A DNA stretch of 63,454 bases, counting the filler, from Octopus bimaculoides (lineage: Eukaryota), in NCBI RefSeq assembly GCF_001194135.2. It is 4 parts of 4 records of this genome, joined end to end, with 100 filler letters (N's around TTAATTAATTAA, not from the genome) between each part and the next. Parts side by side here need not be neighbours in the genome. Positions count along the whole stretch, not along the records: positions 27,784 to 51,477 come from NC_069007.1; 3 more parts are not named here. One strand, 5' to 3'. This document shows, piece by piece, positions 37,976 through 50,135 of the stretch (its first letter is position 1; each line of letters begins with the position of its first letter). The translations under genes and the position numbers were made by a program. The notes below the pieces were generated by a model. It saw only the letters and a program-made list of their open reading frames with translations, was not told the origin of the DNA and searched no databases.

Positions 37976-39316
37976 GCTCAATAGAATTAAGTACCAGCTA
38001 ACTACTGGGGTTCGTTATAATCCACTGTAATCCTCCCCCTAATTCTCAGATCATCTACCTGTATTAGAAATCAATGTATTTCACAAGATTCTTNNNNNNN
38101 NNNNNNNNNNNNNNNNNNNNNNNNNNNNNNNNNNNNNNNNNNNNNNNNNNNNNNNNNNNNNNNNNNNNNNNNNNNNNNNNNNNNNNNNNNNNNNNNNNNN
38201 NNNNNNNNNNNNNNNNNNNNNNNNNNNNNNNNNNNNNNNNNNNNNNNNNNNNNNNNNNNNNNNNNNNNNNNNNNNNNNNNNNNNNNNNNNNNNNNNNNNN
38301 NNNNNNNNNNNNNNNNNNNNNNNNNNNNNNNNNNNNNNNNNNNNNNNNNNNNNNNNNNNNNNNNNNNNNNNNNNNNNNNNNNNNNNNNNNNNNNNNNNNN
38401 NNNNNNNNNNNNNNNNNNNNNNNNNNNNNNNNNNNNNNNNNNNNNNNNNNNNNNNNNNNNNNNNNNNNNNNNNNNNNNNNNNNNNNNNNNNNNNNNNNNN
38501 NNNNNNNNNNNNNNNNNNNNNNNNNNNNNNNNNNNNNNNNNNNNNNNNNNNNNNNNNNNNNNNNNNNNNNNNNNNNNNNNNNNNNNNNNNNNNNNNNNNN
38601 NNNNNNNNNNNNNNNNNNNNNNNNNNNNNNNNNNNNNNNNNNNNNNNNNNNNNNNNNNNNNNNNNNACACACACACACACACATCCTCATCTCAAGGTTA
38701 TGATTCCAACAAACATAATTTTCCACCTCGGTTGCTTAAAAGGTAGTTTTTTTCCACCAGCAATCTCTCCCTCTCTTTTCTCTTTCTCCCCCCCCCCTCT
38801 CTCTCCCTCTCTACTTCTCTCTCCCATTTATCTTTTTTACTTACACATACACACACAGACATGTATATCTCTGTGTACTGTATGCATGTACAAGCATACA
38901 TGTATGTTTGCATACATATATACATGCATATATATACATATATACACATGAATATATATGTATATGTATATATGTGTGTATGTGTAATGTATATATTTGT
39001 CCTAGGAGGGTTCAAAAGTCAGGATAAATAACTACGCTCTTAATATAAATAATAGAATTGCTGGTGCAATATAAATACAATATTAATATAATATAATATA
39101 ATATGATATGATATAATATAATATAATATAATATAATACAATACAATATAATATAATATAATACAATATTCTTACAATATCATAAACTATGGCCCATGTT
39201 CAGCCAAGCTGTGTTACTGAATGGTTTCATAGAAATCAAGTTATTCTAAGCAGAAATCTTGATTAAAGAATCACGAGACATGCTTTACTGGAAGAGTATA
39301 TATATGTATATATATA

Positions 39317-39354
<38 letters not shown>

Positions 39355-39394
39355 CACACAAACACACACACACACTCATATATATATATATATA

Positions 39395-39748
39395 TTGGGC
39401 CTCTTGGAGGCAAAGTGGGTGAGCTCCTGGGCCACATGGAGGCAAAATGGCTGAGTTCCTTTCGAGTGTTGAGCCTCACAGAGGCAATGACTGAGACCTT
39501 TGGCATTATGCTGTGCTTAAAAAGAAGACCCATCAAGCCGAGCAAAATCACAGTCGTGGCAGATACTGGTGGCACGTGAAAGCACCCATTACACTCTTGG
39601 TGTGGTTGACATTAGGGAGAGCATCCAGCTGTAGAAAACCATGCCAAATCAGACTGGAGTCTGGTGCAGCCTTCCAGCATGCCATCCCAGTCAAACTGTC
39701 CAACCCATGCCAGCATGGACAATGGACATTAAATGATATGATGATGAT
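39395..39748 (+). mobile_element. Near full-length SINE family D
   Basis: gtgggtgagctcctgggcc...ttgacattagggagagcatccagctgtagaaa...gtcaaactgtccaacccatgccagcatggacaatggacattaaatgatatgatgatg. Confidence 0.88.
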
Positions 39749-40414
39749 TTATATTCACATGTGCTTGTATGCATATATATATATATATATATATATACAC
39801 TGTTGGGTTCCAGACTAAAGNNNNNNNNNNNNNNNNNNNNNNNNNNNNNNNNNNNNNNNNNNNNNNNNNNNNNNNNNNNNNNNNNNNNNNNNNNNNNNNN
39901 NNNNNNNNNNNNNNNNNNNNNNNNNNNNNNNNNNNNNNNNNNNNNNNNNNNNNNNNNNNNNNNNNNNNNNNNNNNNNNNNNNNNNNNNNNNNNNNNNNNN
40001 NNNNNNNNNNNNNNNNNNNNNNNNNNNNNNNNNNNNNNNNNNNNNNNNNNNNNNNNNNNNNNNNNNNNNNNNNNNNNNNNNNNNNNNNNNNNNNNNNNNN
40101 NNNNNNNNNNNNNNNNNNNNNNNNNNNNNNNNNNNNNNNNNNNNNNNNNNNNNNNNNNNNNNNNNNNNNNNNNNNNNNNNNNNNNNNNNNNNNNNNNNNN
40201 NNNNNNNNNNNNNNNNNNNNNNNNNNNNNNNNNNNNNNNNNNNNNNNNNNNNNNNNNNNNNNNNNNNNNNNNNNNNNNNNNNNNNNNNNNNNNNNNNNNN
40301 NNNNNNNNNNNNNNNNNNNNNNNNNNNNNNNNNNNNNNNNNNNNNNNNNNNNNNNNNNNNNNNNNNNNNNNNNNNNNNNNNNNNNNNNNNNNNNNNNNNN
40401 NNNNNNNNNNNNNN

Positions 40415-40456
<42 letters not shown>

Positions 40457-40559
40457 GTATGTATTGTTTCTTGGTCTCTATCACTGCAACTATTTTTAAT
40501 ATTCAATTTGCTATGCTTGCACAGTTGATCAGGTGTTATTGAGCACCATTTATCTATCA

Positions 40560-40960
40560 CCAATCAAATCAGAATTGTATTCTTTCACTTGTGAGTTGTA
40601 GCATCTCAAGATCAGTTTTTACCATGTTGTCTCTATCTTCAACATATTCCATTCGCTTTACAAGTGCACATTACGTCTTTACACAACTGTCATCCTTCAT
40701 ACTCTTCATATGCCTGTACAAGTAATGTCTCTGTCTAAAGTCAAATGACACTATCTCTATTTCTATTGTGTATCTGTTCTTATTTCTTGTACCAACCTTT
40801 TGTCTCTTCTGATGTTTTCACTTGTAATATTTTTCCTCATCCTTCTGTATGGGCTGTAGTCATAAAACCTGTCTTCATTTTGCTTTTGTGTGAACCCTGA
40901 TGTTTTCCAGAAGAATGATACCAACTTTCTATGGGAACTGAAATTGTAATGACTCTGGGT
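40560..40960 (-). mobile_element. Decayed RTE-type LINE 3' coding fragment
   Basis: Minus strand QRHYLYRHMKSMKDDSCVK (cf. RRLRWYGHV.RM..DSCVK). Confidence 0.55.
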
Positions 40961-41030
40961 AACTTTGGCTAACTCTAGAAATGAGTTTATTCAGTTCTAT
41001 CTTATGATCTTTTTATTCATTGACATACTG

Positions 41031-41168
41031 GTCTACCAAATCCACTCACAAGGCTTTGGTCAGCCCAAGGCTATAGTAGAAGACACTTGCCCAAGGTACC
41101 ACACAGTGGGACTGAACCCGTAACCATGTGGTTGGTAAGCAAGCTACTTACCACACAGCCACTCCTGC
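41031..41168 (-). mobile_element. SINE family A head
   Basis: ctaccaaatccactcacaaggctttgg...gtgggactgaacccgtaaccatgtggttggtaagcaagctacttaccacacagccactcc. Confidence 0.9.
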
Positions 41169-41914
41169 ACCTATTTAATATTTATTATTTTCTAAAAATA
41201 GCAGCCAAATATCCCTGAAACAATGCTGTACAGTCTAAAATTGAAAAATATATATATAACAGACATATTGGCAAATGTCGTAGTGGAAAGGTGGAGTAGA
41301 AATTACTGGTTGTTGTTTAGTCCAAAGACAAAATGATCTTGCAGATCTATGTTCAAAGGTGTTTCAGCTATGACCATCCCATCTCATCTCTTTGTAAATC
41401 CAAGACTTCATTCTTTAATGTGTCCTTTCTCTTTTAAAATGTTAGGCAAGGGTGTGACATCTATTTCTAGTTGTTTGAGCAATTCCACAGAGGCTACCCA
41501 TGTTGGCTGATGTCATCCAGGGTATGTTGTACTTGAAAAGCAATTTCGCTTGGTTGTCATATCTGGAAAGCCCTTTACCAAAGCTCTACTCCACTGAGGT
41601 CACCTGGGAATTAAACAACAGCAACAACAACAATTATTATTCTTTGTTTTATTGTATATTCGACATATATACACGTGTGTTTGAACTTTATTCTTCTATC
41701 TGCTATGAATTCTCAGTCTGGAACTTTCTTGCATACACTTTGTTTCTTATGACAGAATACTCAGTGTACAGAGATGCTAACCTATAACCTGGGATGTCCC
41801 AGAAACAGGTGTAAGACATTAATTACTTCTACTTTTCCTTTTTTTGATTCCCCTTATTCTAATTGAATATTCTAAATCACCTAAGGTACTCATCCTGCCT
41901 TGGCTTTGTTTTCC

Positions 41915-41951
<37 letters not shown>

Positions 41952-42544
41952 TAAATTTCAGGGTTGTAAAAAAATATTTAGAAAATTTTGCTACCTGTGG
42001 TCTAGCGTGAAAAAAAAAACTAGTTAATAGACTATATATTATTCATATAAATACAGTGTACATTTAAACACATATTTATATGTTAATCATGGCTTTCCTG
42101 CTGATAATAGCTGCGCCTACCAAATTATTTTATTTGCTGAAGATAGCTGGAAACCATGGTACAGGAAATAGATGGTAAATGTTTTTATTTTTCATTCCCT
42201 TTCGAAATTACCCCTAATAGTGGTTGGGATTTTAACTATTCCTTCTAGCGGCTTAGATGTCCTTTTATGGCCATCTCTTATGTGTTTNNNNNNNNNNNNN
42301 NNNNNNNNNNNNNNNNNNNNNNNNNNNNNNNNNNNNNNNNNNNNNNNNNNNNNNNNNNNNNNNNNNNNNNNNNNNNNNNNNNNNNNNNNNNNNNNNNNNN
42401 NNNNATATATATTATCATTTTATTACTTGTAAACCCCCACACATTAGATCACTCTTTGTATTGTCCTCATCATTCAACCTGATGGCAAATAAAAGACAAC
42501 ATTCTTCTTCGTATTATTATTATTATCATTATTATTATTATTAT

Positions 42545-43260
42545 TGAATGAGAGAGGAGTGCATGCCATCAAAGTGACATTGAGGTACAAATATACAAAG
42601 TCTAGTATACCCATCATGACTACCTGTTTAAGGGTATACCAGGCACATGCATCACAACCATATGTGTACAACATGCCGATCTCATACCAAGATAAATAAC
42701 GCACAACCTTTCAAGTGGGGCCCAGTTGGAGTTTACCTCAGCTCAAGTAGGCCATCCCATTTGAAAAGATCCCTGAATAAGAATTGTTTAAGGATGTTGA
42801 ACAAAATACCCATGTTTCCAAGGGTGAATTATTCAAACCCCAAAGAATTCCTCTCAATACATGGCTATGATGCATCAGGCACATGCATCACAACCATATG
42901 TGCACGACAGGGAGATCTCATATCAAGATAAACAGCGCATGACCTTGCAGGTGAGGTCCAGTTAGAATTTTCTTCAGTTCAAATAGCCCATCCTGCTCGA
43001 AAAGTCTCTGAATAAGATTTAAGGATGATGAATAAAACACCCATATTTCCAGAGGCGAATTATCCAAACCCCAAAGAATTTCTTTCAACACATGACTATG
43101 ATGCTCCCCCACTACTTCTGCTCGTGATCAGAGATGCACATATCGTCAGCCACTAAGGGACATGCTCAACTTTTTAGGATCAAGCAACTGACAAGCAAAT
43201 CTGTGGTATTGAGCAGAATATTTGCTGTAGCCCTTCTTTTATACCAAGACAAAACAATGT
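42545..43260. mobile_element. Interspersed repeat with an internal ~236-bp tandem duplication
   Basis: Unit 1 at 42640-42873 and unit 2 at 42876-43104 both run caggcacatgcatcacaaccatatgtg...aaaccccaaagaattc...catg.ctatgatgc, at about 80% identity by eye. Confidence 0.75.
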
Positions 43261-44367
43261 TCATGGGCTATTCATTACTATTTGAAATTTTTAAAAAATA
43301 CCTTTGTTTTCAAAAAATCCTTCCTCTCCAAAATAGCCTGACTAGAATTATCTCCCTTTAATTCTTATCTTGNNNNNNNNNNNNNNNNNNNNNNNNNNNN
43401 NNNNNNNNNNNNNNNNNNNNNNNNNNNNNNNNNNNNNNNNNNNNNNNNNNNNNNNNNNNNNNNNNNNNNNNNNNNNNNNNNNNNNNNNNNNNNNNNNNNN
43501 NNNNNNNNNNNNNNNNNNNNNNNNNNNNNNNNNNNNNNNNNNNNNNNNNNNNNNNNNNNNNNNNNNNNNNNNNNNNNNNNNNNNNNNNNNNNNNNNNNNN
43601 NNNNNNNNNNNNNNNNNNNNNNNNNNNNNNNNNNNNNNNNNNNNNNNNNNNNNNNNNNNNNNNNNNNNNNNNNNNNNNNNNNNNNNNNNNNNNNNNNNNN
43701 NNNNNNNNNNNNNNNNNNNNNNNNNNNNNNNNNNNNNNNNNNNNNNNNNNNNNNNNNNNNNNNNNNNNNNNNNNNNNNNNNNNNNNNNNNNNNNNNNNNN
43801 NNNNNNNNNNNNNNNNNNNNNNNNNNNNNNNNNNNNNNNNNNNNNNNNNNNNNNNNNNNNNNNNNNNNTTGCTTTACCTGTCCGTGTGTGTTTGTGCGTG
43901 TGTATATATCACCGCGCATATATGCCTAAGACAACTATACGTCTCAGCTTTTGATGATATCAACCACAAAAGTCAGAAAACGTGAAGTTGTGGCATTTAT
44001 GACTTTCTTCTTCCATTGTTTGTATTAAATGTGAGTCAAGGCTATAATAATAACCATCGAACCTTGACATCTTTGCAGAAAACGTGTTGGAAGTCAACCG
44101 ATACAGGTTGTGGAAGGGAGGCAACTCTTCTATTACTCTTTTGTTGCAGAAGCTTGGCTGCCTCGTCAGAGCTTAGAATTGTGTGTGTGTGTGTGTGTGT
44201 GTGTGTTTCGTCGTTGAAGAGGTCACAGAATCTGTAAAGAAACAGCTTTAACAGACAAAGAAACTACAAATGATAGTAATAACACTAAGATGAAGATCAG
44301 ATAAACAGTGAGGGTGCTTAACTGGCAAAAGATGACCATCCCCATGTATAACAGTATATATAGATAT

Positions 44368-44416
<49 letters not shown>

Positions 44417-44478
44417 ACAGTGGTGCTCCAGCATGACTGCAGCCACATGGCTGAAACGAATAAACAAATATATATATA

Positions 44479-44755
44479 TCATCATCATCATTATCATAAT
44501 CATTGTCATTTAACATTTGTTTTTCATGCTGGCATGGGTTGGACGGTTTGACCAGAGATGGCAAGCTGGAGCACCAGGTTCCAGTCTCATTTGGCTTAAT
44601 TTCTATGTCTGGATGCCCTTCCTGACGCCAACTCTTTTACAGGGTGTGTGCTCATTGCTATTAACTGGCACCAGCACTGGTACCATTACGTGGCGCTGGC
44701 ATCGAAGCTTTTTATGAGAAACCAGCACAGATGTTTTTACACGGCACCAGCACAT
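44479..44755 (-). mobile_element. SINE family D
   Basis: catgctggcatgggttggacggtttgacc...ggatgcccttcctgacgccaac...ggcaccagcac. Confidence 0.85.
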
Positions 44756-44787
44756 GCATACACACACACCACACACACATATATATG

Positions 44788-44849
44788 CTTACTTGGAAAT
44801 GGATGCTTGGCGTTCAATTAAATAAGAATATAAATAATATGTGTGTGTG

Positions 44850-44881
<32 letters not shown>

Positions 44882-44942
44882 CTTTATTTAAAAGCAGCAG
44901 AAATATAACAAAAAAACCGTTACTCTGAGTTTCACGTTCCCG
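44788..44942 (-). mobile_element. Penelope-like repeat end with the 3' half of a hammerhead-like motif, cut by a gap
   Basis: Minus strand from 44942: CG GGAA CG T GAAA CTC A GAG TA ACGG. The left part matches the 1314 family. Confidence 0.45.
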
Positions 44943-45348
44943 NNNNNNNNNNNNNNNNNNNNNNNNNNNNNNNNNNNNNNNNNNNNNNNNNNNNNNNNNN
45001 NNNNNNNNNNNNNNNNNNNNNNNNNNNNNNNNNNNNNNNNNNNNNNNNNNNNNNNNNNNNNNNNNNNNNNNNNNNNNNNNNNNNNNNNNNNNNNNNNNNN
45101 NNNNNNNNNNNNNNNNNNNNNNNNNNNNNNNNNNNNNNNNNNNNNNNNNNNNNNNNNNNNNNNNNNNNNNNNNNNNNNNNNNNNNNNNNNNNNNNNNNNN
45201 NNNNNNNNNNNNNNNNNNNNNNNNNNNNNNNNNNNNNNNNNNNNNNNNNNNNNNNNNNNNNNNNNNNNNNNNNNNNNNNNNNNNNNNNNNNNNNNNNNNN
45301 NNNNNNNNNNNNNNNNNNNNNNNNNNNNNNNNNNNNNNNNNTATATAT

Positions 45349-45587
45349 GGTGGTTGTCTACTCCTTAAACAGAGTTTGACCACCTCCTGCACCTACACCT
45401 TAGCCCTTTCATGGCGTCTGATGTGGCTTTTTAAACCAGACAGTGTTTTGAAAAAACACCCACACAGATTGCACCTCTGATTTGCACTACCAATACCTGC
45501 AAGTAAGTTCTGCTCATTGTGGATCCTAACATGTCTTTTAAGACCCCCATTGGATTTGCAAACCCTCTGGCACACACCACATTCATA
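45349..45587 (-). mobile_element. Two C2H2 zinc fingers plus a short 3' tail; probably the 3' end of a 5'-truncated RTE-type LINE
   Basis: YECGVCQRVCKSNGGLKRHVRIH-NEQNLLAGIGSANQR-CNLCGCFFKTLSGLKSHIRRH-ERAKV* (45587-45393). There is no TGEKP linker. The 5' side abuts (TACA)n, and the 3' side has about 45 nt then (TA)n. Confidence 0.7.
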
Positions 45588-45609
45588 TGTATGTATGTAT
45601 GTATGTATA

Positions 45610-45765
45610 TATGCATATATGAATACAGGATGTCACCAATCGTGTAAACAACATGAAGTATGAAAAGCAGTGAGAGAGAAAAAAATGGAAAACAGGTCAA
45701 GTAATCACAGAGAACCACCCTTCATCAGTTGTCGGCTGTCTATCTACTCCCCATTTCAAGCATTC
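45610..45765. mobile_element. Second copy of the 1314-1830 repeat family
   Basis: tacaggatgtcaccaa...aaaatggaaaacagg.caagtaa...ttcatcagttgtcggctgtctatct. Confidence 0.75.
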
Positions 45766-45928
45766 ATATGTATATATATATATATATATATATACATACA
45801 CACACACACAAACATATATATTCTTCTCATTTTTACCGAGCATCAAACTAATACACTTGTTTGTTCTTCCCTCACACTGTCTTTGTCCTTTGTTTTCTGT
45901 ACATTGAACCATATATATTGTTTTACAC

Positions 45929-46328
45929 TCTTTTACTTGTTTCAGTCACCTGGCTGTGACCATGCTGGGGCACTGCCTTTAGTTGAAGAAATTGACCTCA
46001 GGACTTATTCTCTGTAAGCTCAGTACATACTCTATTGGTCTCCTTTGTCGACCCGCTAAGGCACAGGGATGCAAACTCACCACCATCGGTTGTCAAGTGA
46101 TGATGGAGGGACAAACACAGACACAAAAACATATGCATGCATATGCATATATATATATATATATATATACACAACAGGTTTCTTTCAGTTTCCGTCTAAA
46201 AAATCCACTCACAAGGCTTTGGTCAACTCAAGGCTATAGTAGAAGACACTCGCCCAAGGTGCCACGCAGTGGGACTGAACCTGAAACCATGTGGTTGGTA
46301 AGCAAGCTACTTACCACACAGCCACTCC
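45929..46328 (-). mobile_element. Full-length SINE family A
   Basis: tcttttacttgtttcagtc...ggttgtcaagtga...cagtgggactgaacctgaaaccatgtggttggtaagcaagctacttaccacacagccactcc. Confidence 0.9.
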
Positions 46329-46351
46329 TAAATATATATGTNNNNNNNNNN

Positions 46352-46409
<58 letters not shown>

Positions 46410-47478
46410 AAATGTGTCTGTATTTATATTTTTGAAGCCGTGTTTATATGTATATATTTAATATAGAGTATATGGACACATTTTTAAAGCTGTTTACATG
46501 TACGTAAATATTGACTACCTTTATGTATGTATACATAAAATTTTGTGTATGTCAATGTATCAACATGCATCTGTGTCTGTGTGTGTGTGTTGAAAATTTG
46601 TTGTTTCTAATTTATACATTTCATGTAGACATTAGTTGACCCATGCCAGCATGGAACATCACGATTAAACGATGATGATGATGATTAATCATAGCCCCAC
46701 CCCATCCTCAATTAATAACTGATTAATTATTAGAGCACTCTTAATGAATAAATGTCTCGAAAAAGTGAATTAAACTGTGTCTTGTGAACATCACACACAT
46801 ATATACATACGTACATATACACATACAAATATGCATATCTTTTTATATGTATATATGTGTGTGTGTGTGTATATGTATATACACACACACACATATATAC
46901 GCATACATATGTGTGTTTGTATGTGTGCATGCATATTTGTATGTAAGCCTCATACTGTGTCTATATGTGGCTATTTATGTACACCTGTGTGTGTGTGCAG
47001 GTACTCATATATACATATATGCATGTACATGCAAACATATATACATGCAAACACAAGTACATGCACATACATACACAAAGCCATTTCATTTACTATTAAA
47101 GTTTGTTTTTAATTAATTTTGGAAGTAATAAAGAATCCGGAGAAATTTGATAAAATAACTTTCTTGTTTTTTTGTTTCCATAATCATTCCAGTGCCTTCA
47201 ACACCACAGAAAGTTCTGATATAAAACGATAGTAGAAAGACTTAATTGAAAAAGTGGATCTTTGAAATGGAAGAGTTGTGTGTCATAGAACAGTTGTAGC
47301 ACCATGGGGTGAAGTTGATATAAAAACAGGTATTAAAAGTTGTTTGGAAATAACAACCAATTTAGTAAAGGAACTTCATTATTATTTAAGTAGGCTTTGG
47401 GGCATAAATTAATATGAGGTGGTGGTGGTGGTGGTGGTGGGGGAGTTTTAATAGATAGTTTGTGTGTGTGTATATATA

Positions 47479-47920
47479 CAGGTCGTCGTTGACTTACAAT
47501 CTACCTGATTTATGACTGATCGACTTTACAATGATTGGTGTGTCAGCTCCCGGCAACAGTAATAAATAGTCCAGTTGAAATCTAATGGGTTTAATTTCTT
47601 AAAAATTAACCTGTTTACGGATGATGTTAGCTAACACACTTCCTCTAGTTTTGGTTATCAATGGCCATTGTGTTGGACGACTCTCTTGTCGCAGAAACAT
47701 CAAAGCAAACTCGTATTTGTTTATAAGACGTCTGCTCGAGACTCTCCAAAATTTTTGACTAATGCCAGTATAATAGTATAATACAGAATGCTGTGTGCGA
47801 CTTTTACCTGAGAATGTACTTTAAGAATGTGAAAATATAAAACAAAGCTATGTAGGACTATAGGCCAACTTATGACCAGTCAGTTGGAACTAGTTGTGGT
47901 CTTAAGTCGATGATGACCTG
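47479..47920. mobile_element. Tigger/pogo-type MITE (442 bp)
   Basis: TA|CAGGTCGTCGTTGACTTAC...TAAGTCGATGATGACCTG|TA. The TIRs are 15/18 identical, and TA TSDs lie at 47477-78 and 47921-22. Confidence 0.85.
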
Positions 47921-48024
47921 TAATAATAAAGTAATCCTTTCTGTTATAAGCACAGGGCCTGAAATTTTAAGGGAGGGTGCTAGTCAAATACATCAGTCCC
48001 AGTACATGATTGGTACTTATTTTA

Positions 48025-48544
48025 TTAACTCTTTTGACACCAGCATGGCTTTGTTATATTTAAAATTAATTGACAGAAACGGAGAGCATCTCAACAGAAA
48101 TACGGTAACAAAATGGTTAAAAGATATATTAGAGAAGCACTACTTAACCCTTTTGATACCAACATGCCTGAAACAGCCTCTGGCTCTGTAATACAAATGT
48201 CTTGTTTTCATAAGTTCTCAATTAAAATCTTCCACCAAACCTTAGTCACAATTTATGTTCCTAACACTAGCTTAACAATAACTAAGCTATTTTACTAAAT
48301 TCTTTGTTATATTTAAAATTAATTAAAAGAAACACAGAACATCTCAACAGAAATATGGTAACAAAATGGTTAAATGGTTAAAATAGAGAAACAATTCTTA
48401 ACCCTTTTGATACCAACCTGGTTGAAACTAGCTCTGGTTCTGTAGTACAAATGTCTTGTTTTCAAAAGTTCTGAATTAAAATCTTCCACCAAACATTAGT
48501 CACAATTTATGTTCTTAACACTAGCTTACTAAGTTATTTTACTT
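48025..48544. mobile_element. Three adjacent copies of a piggyBac-type (TTAA) MITE inserted into a SINE B
   Basis: TTAACCCTTTTGATACC...GGTAACAAAATGGTTAA. Copies lie at 48025-48120 (internally deleted), 48144-48373 and 48398-48544 (truncated). SINE B sequence at 47945-48024 stops at the first TTAA. Confidence 0.75.
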
Positions 48545-48990
48545 GTAAGGTGAAACACTGGGGTCGATGTTAGCAGCTAGTCCCCTCACCCCCAAATTTC
48601 ACACCCTGCTCCTATGTTCTGAGTTCAAATTCTGCTGAAGTCAACTTTGCCTTTCATGCTTTCAGAGTTGATAAGTACCAGTAAAATACTGGGGTTGATG
48701 TAATCGACTATCCCTCTCCCCACAAGTTCCAGGCCTTGTGCCTATAGTAGAAAGGATTGTCATTATTATTAAAGCAGCAAGCTGGTAGAATCGTTAGGAA
48801 GCCAGGCAAAATGCTTAGCAGCATTTCATCCTTCCTTGTGCTCTGAGTTCAAATCGCACCAAGGTCGACTTTGCCTTTCATCCTTTCAAGGTCAATGAAA
48901 TAAGTGTCTGTTTTGCACTGAAGTCAATGTAATCGACTAGCCCCTTCCCCCAAAAATTTTCAAAGCTTTGTGCCTAGAGTAGAAATAATT
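48545..48990 (+). mobile_element. Cluster of 2-3 SINE family B copies
   Basis: The block tctgagttcaaat...gtc.actttgcctttcat...aagt...ggggtcgatgtaatcgact...ccttgtgcctatagtagaaa repeats. Confidence 0.88.
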
Positions 48991-49751
48991 ACCATTATCT
49001 ATCTAGTGGTTATGGCAAAAGATGTGTGGTGGACAAAGCTGAAAGGATTGGGGACAGACACCTTCCTCCCCAGTTAAGCTCTCATCAACTTTGTGTAAAG
49101 GAGAGTGAAGTGCTCTGTCTGTCTCTATCTCTCTCTCTCTCTCTCCCTCCCTCTCTTCCAGTGAATTTGTGAAAAGATGGGTGACTGTAACAAAAACGGG
49201 CAGAGTGAAGTGCCCTACTCTAATCAAGCAAATGTATTTAGGAGAACAGAAGAGAGGGCTCGTGTCTTTGCTGGTTAGGATAATCCTGGATTTGTTGAGA
49301 TTGTTTGATTGGCCTTAGCTGAAGTTTCTTCTGTACCAAGAGGGCTGCATCATTCATGGTATCACATACTTCATTAACTACGCATACCTTTTATCTCGTT
49401 TAACTGTTTTTTCCATTTCTTTCTCTTATCTTTTATGTAAATCCCCACACAAACTGCAGTCTGCATTGTTGTCTGTCCTTGAGATGTCCCCCTCATCTAT
49501 GCTCCTCCAGCTGATAAAAGAAATTATCATTATTATTATTTTTGTTTTCCCTTTAATCACAGGTTTTGTTGTAATTCCTGGTATCTTGTATGCATAGAGG
49601 GCTTGCTGCCTGCAGCCTTCAGTACCATGATATCTGTTCTTTTCAACAATCTAATACTTTCCTGGTTATTCTGCCCATGCCAAGCAGGAAAACTTTTCAT
49701 AATAGTTCCATTATTATTATTATCATTGTCATTATTATTATTATTACTACT

Positions 49752-49934
49752 ACCTCTGCCTTAGCAAAGGCGGAGGCACTGTTTTCAGTCACATTTGTTT
49801 GTTTGTTTGTCCGTGGACATGATATCTCAAGAACCGCTGGATGGATTTGGGTGTAACTTTCAGGGCTGTTTGGCCTTGTGACTGGCACAAACTATTTAGA
49901 TTTTGGGATCAATCCAGTACCGGAGAAGGATTCT

Positions 49935-49974
<40 letters not shown>

Positions 49975-50135
49975 GTAATTTTTGAGAGCAGTCAAGTTCA
50001 TTTTTATTATTCTCATTTGTGAGAGCAGTTGAGTTTATTTCAGATATTCTCATTTTAAAAATCATCTCTGGCTAATCGTTGAGAGGAAGTTGGTGTTGCC
50101 TTGGCAGAGGTTTGTGCTCGCTGAGTGCTCTTGTT
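49752..50135 (+). mobile_element. DINE-1/HINE-like (Helentron-associated) non-autonomous element
   Basis: Subterminal IRs ACCTCTGCC (49752-49760) and GGCAGAGGT (50103-50111), an internal (GTTT)n, a 3' hairpin gtgctcgctgagtgc, and T-rich ends. Confidence 0.7.
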
